From NCBI GenBank assembly GCA_905178155.1, contig CAJINV010000005.1:8244515-8308514 (forward strand): a stretch of 64,000 nucleotides of DNA. The letters run 5' to 3'. Positions 62,601 to 64,000 of this stretch are shown here, one piece after another (the stretch's first letter is position 1; each line of letters starts with the position of its first letter). This stretch comes from Amoebophrya sp. A120. Taxonomy: Eukaryota; Protista; Dinoflagellata. Below the pieces are notes generated by a model. The model did no database searches. It was given only the letters and a program-made list of their open reading frames with translations, and was not told where the DNA came from. Made by a program: the position numbers and the translations under genes.

Positions 62601-64000
62601 CCGATGGGAGAACGGCTCTGCGCGGGGGAGCTGCTGCGAGCAGCACGACCGCTGGTGCCAGTACAACATCGGACGAACCTCCTTTCCCCTACCCCTGGCC
62701 GGTGGCATCGTTCTGTTCGGTGAAAGAGGAGTACGTGCGCAAATTCAGCCTGGCGCGGGAGTTCAAGGACCCAGGTACTGGCACGATATGACAGTGCGCA
62801 ACTCCCCCTCCCCCTCATTTGTCATGCAAAAACCCAAATCCAGTTGCTCGTTGTGGCGCCGCGTGCATGACAAATTCCGGAAAGCCCGATAGTACTACAC
62901 TCGGAGCATGAACCTGTCATGCACAGGACGCACCTGTACTGGTGTTTGTAATGCTGTTGATGCCACGCAAATGATAATGAGGAGGAGGTGGGGGGGTTGT
63001 GTACTCTCATACACGAACGCGTTGGATGTGAAGCAGTACGAGGTATTTGGAATATCAAATGCAAATATGTCTACTGGGTCTGGAAGTTTGGGATTTGTGA
63101 TGCTAACTCTCGATCCTACAAAAAACTGTATTGCATTACCAGCAAAAGGCGCTCAGATTTTTGCCACGACCCGGATCGGGCATTTCTCATGCAGGATAGG
63201 CATGATGAAGCCTTCGCGAGGGCTGCGATGCTAGAGAATGCACCACAGGCATCGTGGGTCATGTACTATATGCATGACAAACACCCAACTTTTCCAGACC
63301 CAGACATATTTGCAATGCATATGGAGACAAAAGCAACAATAGCAAACCTCCTTCACCGACCGCGTCGCTGTTCACCATGACACAGCGAAAAATGTACAAG
63401 AACTGCGGGCCGATCCCCAATCCCGAGGCAAGGCGGTCGAACTTGGAGGACTTGGTCGGCGACCGGCTGCAGTTTAACACCGGCCAAGCAGTGGAGGATG
63501 AAAAGTGGATCGAGGCGATTCGGGCTGTGTTACCAGTCATTGAATCGGCGGTGCGGGTGTACGATGAGGACTACTTTCACAACTTGCACCATCAGAACGC
63601 GCACGACTACAACCTGCGGGCCTCGAACCCGGAAAGTTCGTCGTCCGAGTGCAAAGTGAACATGAACGAGAAACTTCCGGTCGCAGAATGGCAAGTGGGG
63701 AACAGCTATCAAATGTAAAAGTGTCTGGGTCTGGAAGAATGCAACTTGTGATGCTGCATTTGGATTCCAAAAGAATCTGTATTGCATGAGTACCAAAGGG
63801 AATGTAATTCTTGCTACGCGAAGAGGGCATTTGTCATGCGGAATAGGCATCAAGAAGCTCTCAAAAAATCTGTGATGCTAGGGCATGCATCACAGACATC
63901 AGGGCTCATGCAAAACGTGCATGACAAGTGTCAGAATCTCCCAGACCCAGACATTTTTGCAATGCATAACAGCAACAGCGGGACGCGCGAGTCGAATCAA
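50691..64000 (+). CDS. very large uncharacterised protein (at least 25 exons; acidic and Arg/Pro-rich N-terminal region), continues past the window end
   Basis: Open frame maintained across 24 consecutive introner excisions from 51163 to 63968. No domain recognised. The start codon could alternatively be near 50745. Confidence 0.75.
53502..53736. mobile_element. introner family L (TIR TATGGCGTTCTCAA.TGTTACATTCTCAACTGTTACA, with internal tandem repeat)
   Basis: Near-perfect ~38-bp TIR, TSD CGGGA/CGGGA. Confidence 0.9.
55221..55472. mobile_element. family A introner, reverse orientation relative to 4146-4399
   Basis: Internal sequence is the reverse complement of the 4146/11858/13647 copies, TSD CTCTC/CTCTC. 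Confidence 0.9.
59046..61178. mobile_element. family B introner expanded to 2.1 kb by a retro-insertion
   Basis: Both TIRs present, TSD CGATC/CGAGC, frame restored on removal. Confidence 0.8.
59107..60935 (+). mobile_element. non-coding poly(A)-tailed retroposed insertion (SINE or truncated LINE-like)
   Basis: Flanked by direct repeat AAATCTGCATGGTAAAAT (59089-59106, 60936-60953); A-run at 60925-60938. Confidence 0.75.
63707..63968. mobile_element. introner family A (close relative of 3810-4077)
   Basis: TIR plus TSD ACAGC/ACAGC. Confidence 0.9.

Noticed and set aside
2310-63968. Recurrent short ORFs with KCKNVWVWK / FQTQTFLHL / LPDPDIF peptides
   Set aside because: They are translations of the family A TIR in different frames, not a protein repeat family
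2310-63968. Ciliate-type IES (DNA-level elimination) interpretation
   Set aside because: Not favoured: standard genetic code, GC-rich genes, variable 5-bp TSDs rather than TA repeats, and a continuum with GT-AG introns. It cannot be formally excluded without RNA/DNA comparison.

Overview
Eukaryotic genomic DNA with about seven protein-coding genes, all on the + strand. They are a 3' gene remnant, a small tail-anchored membrane protein, a PPP-family phosphatase with apparent frameshifts, a CAMK-like Ser/Thr kinase, a DHHC(DHYC) palmitoyltransferase, an At4g15545-like coiled-coil protein and a very large unknown protein running off the window end. The coding exons are interrupted by roughly 85-90 (manual count) short TIR elements of at least 10 different TIR families. 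Nearly all start TAT, end ATA and are flanked by a 5-bp direct repeat of exon sequence, and removing an element plus one repeat copy restores the reading frame. They therefore look like transposon-derived non-canonical introns (introners), as described for the parasitic dinoflagellate Amoebophrya; the organism is inferred, not shown. Beyond that known picture, the same elements sit in both orientations, and a TGT(C/G/A)ATGC motif is shared by all intron families including GT-AG introns. A 1-kb TAT...ATA element inside an intron lacks the motif. HINE-like, Helitron-like and poly(A) retro-insertions are nested inside the introners. No transposase is visible in the window.
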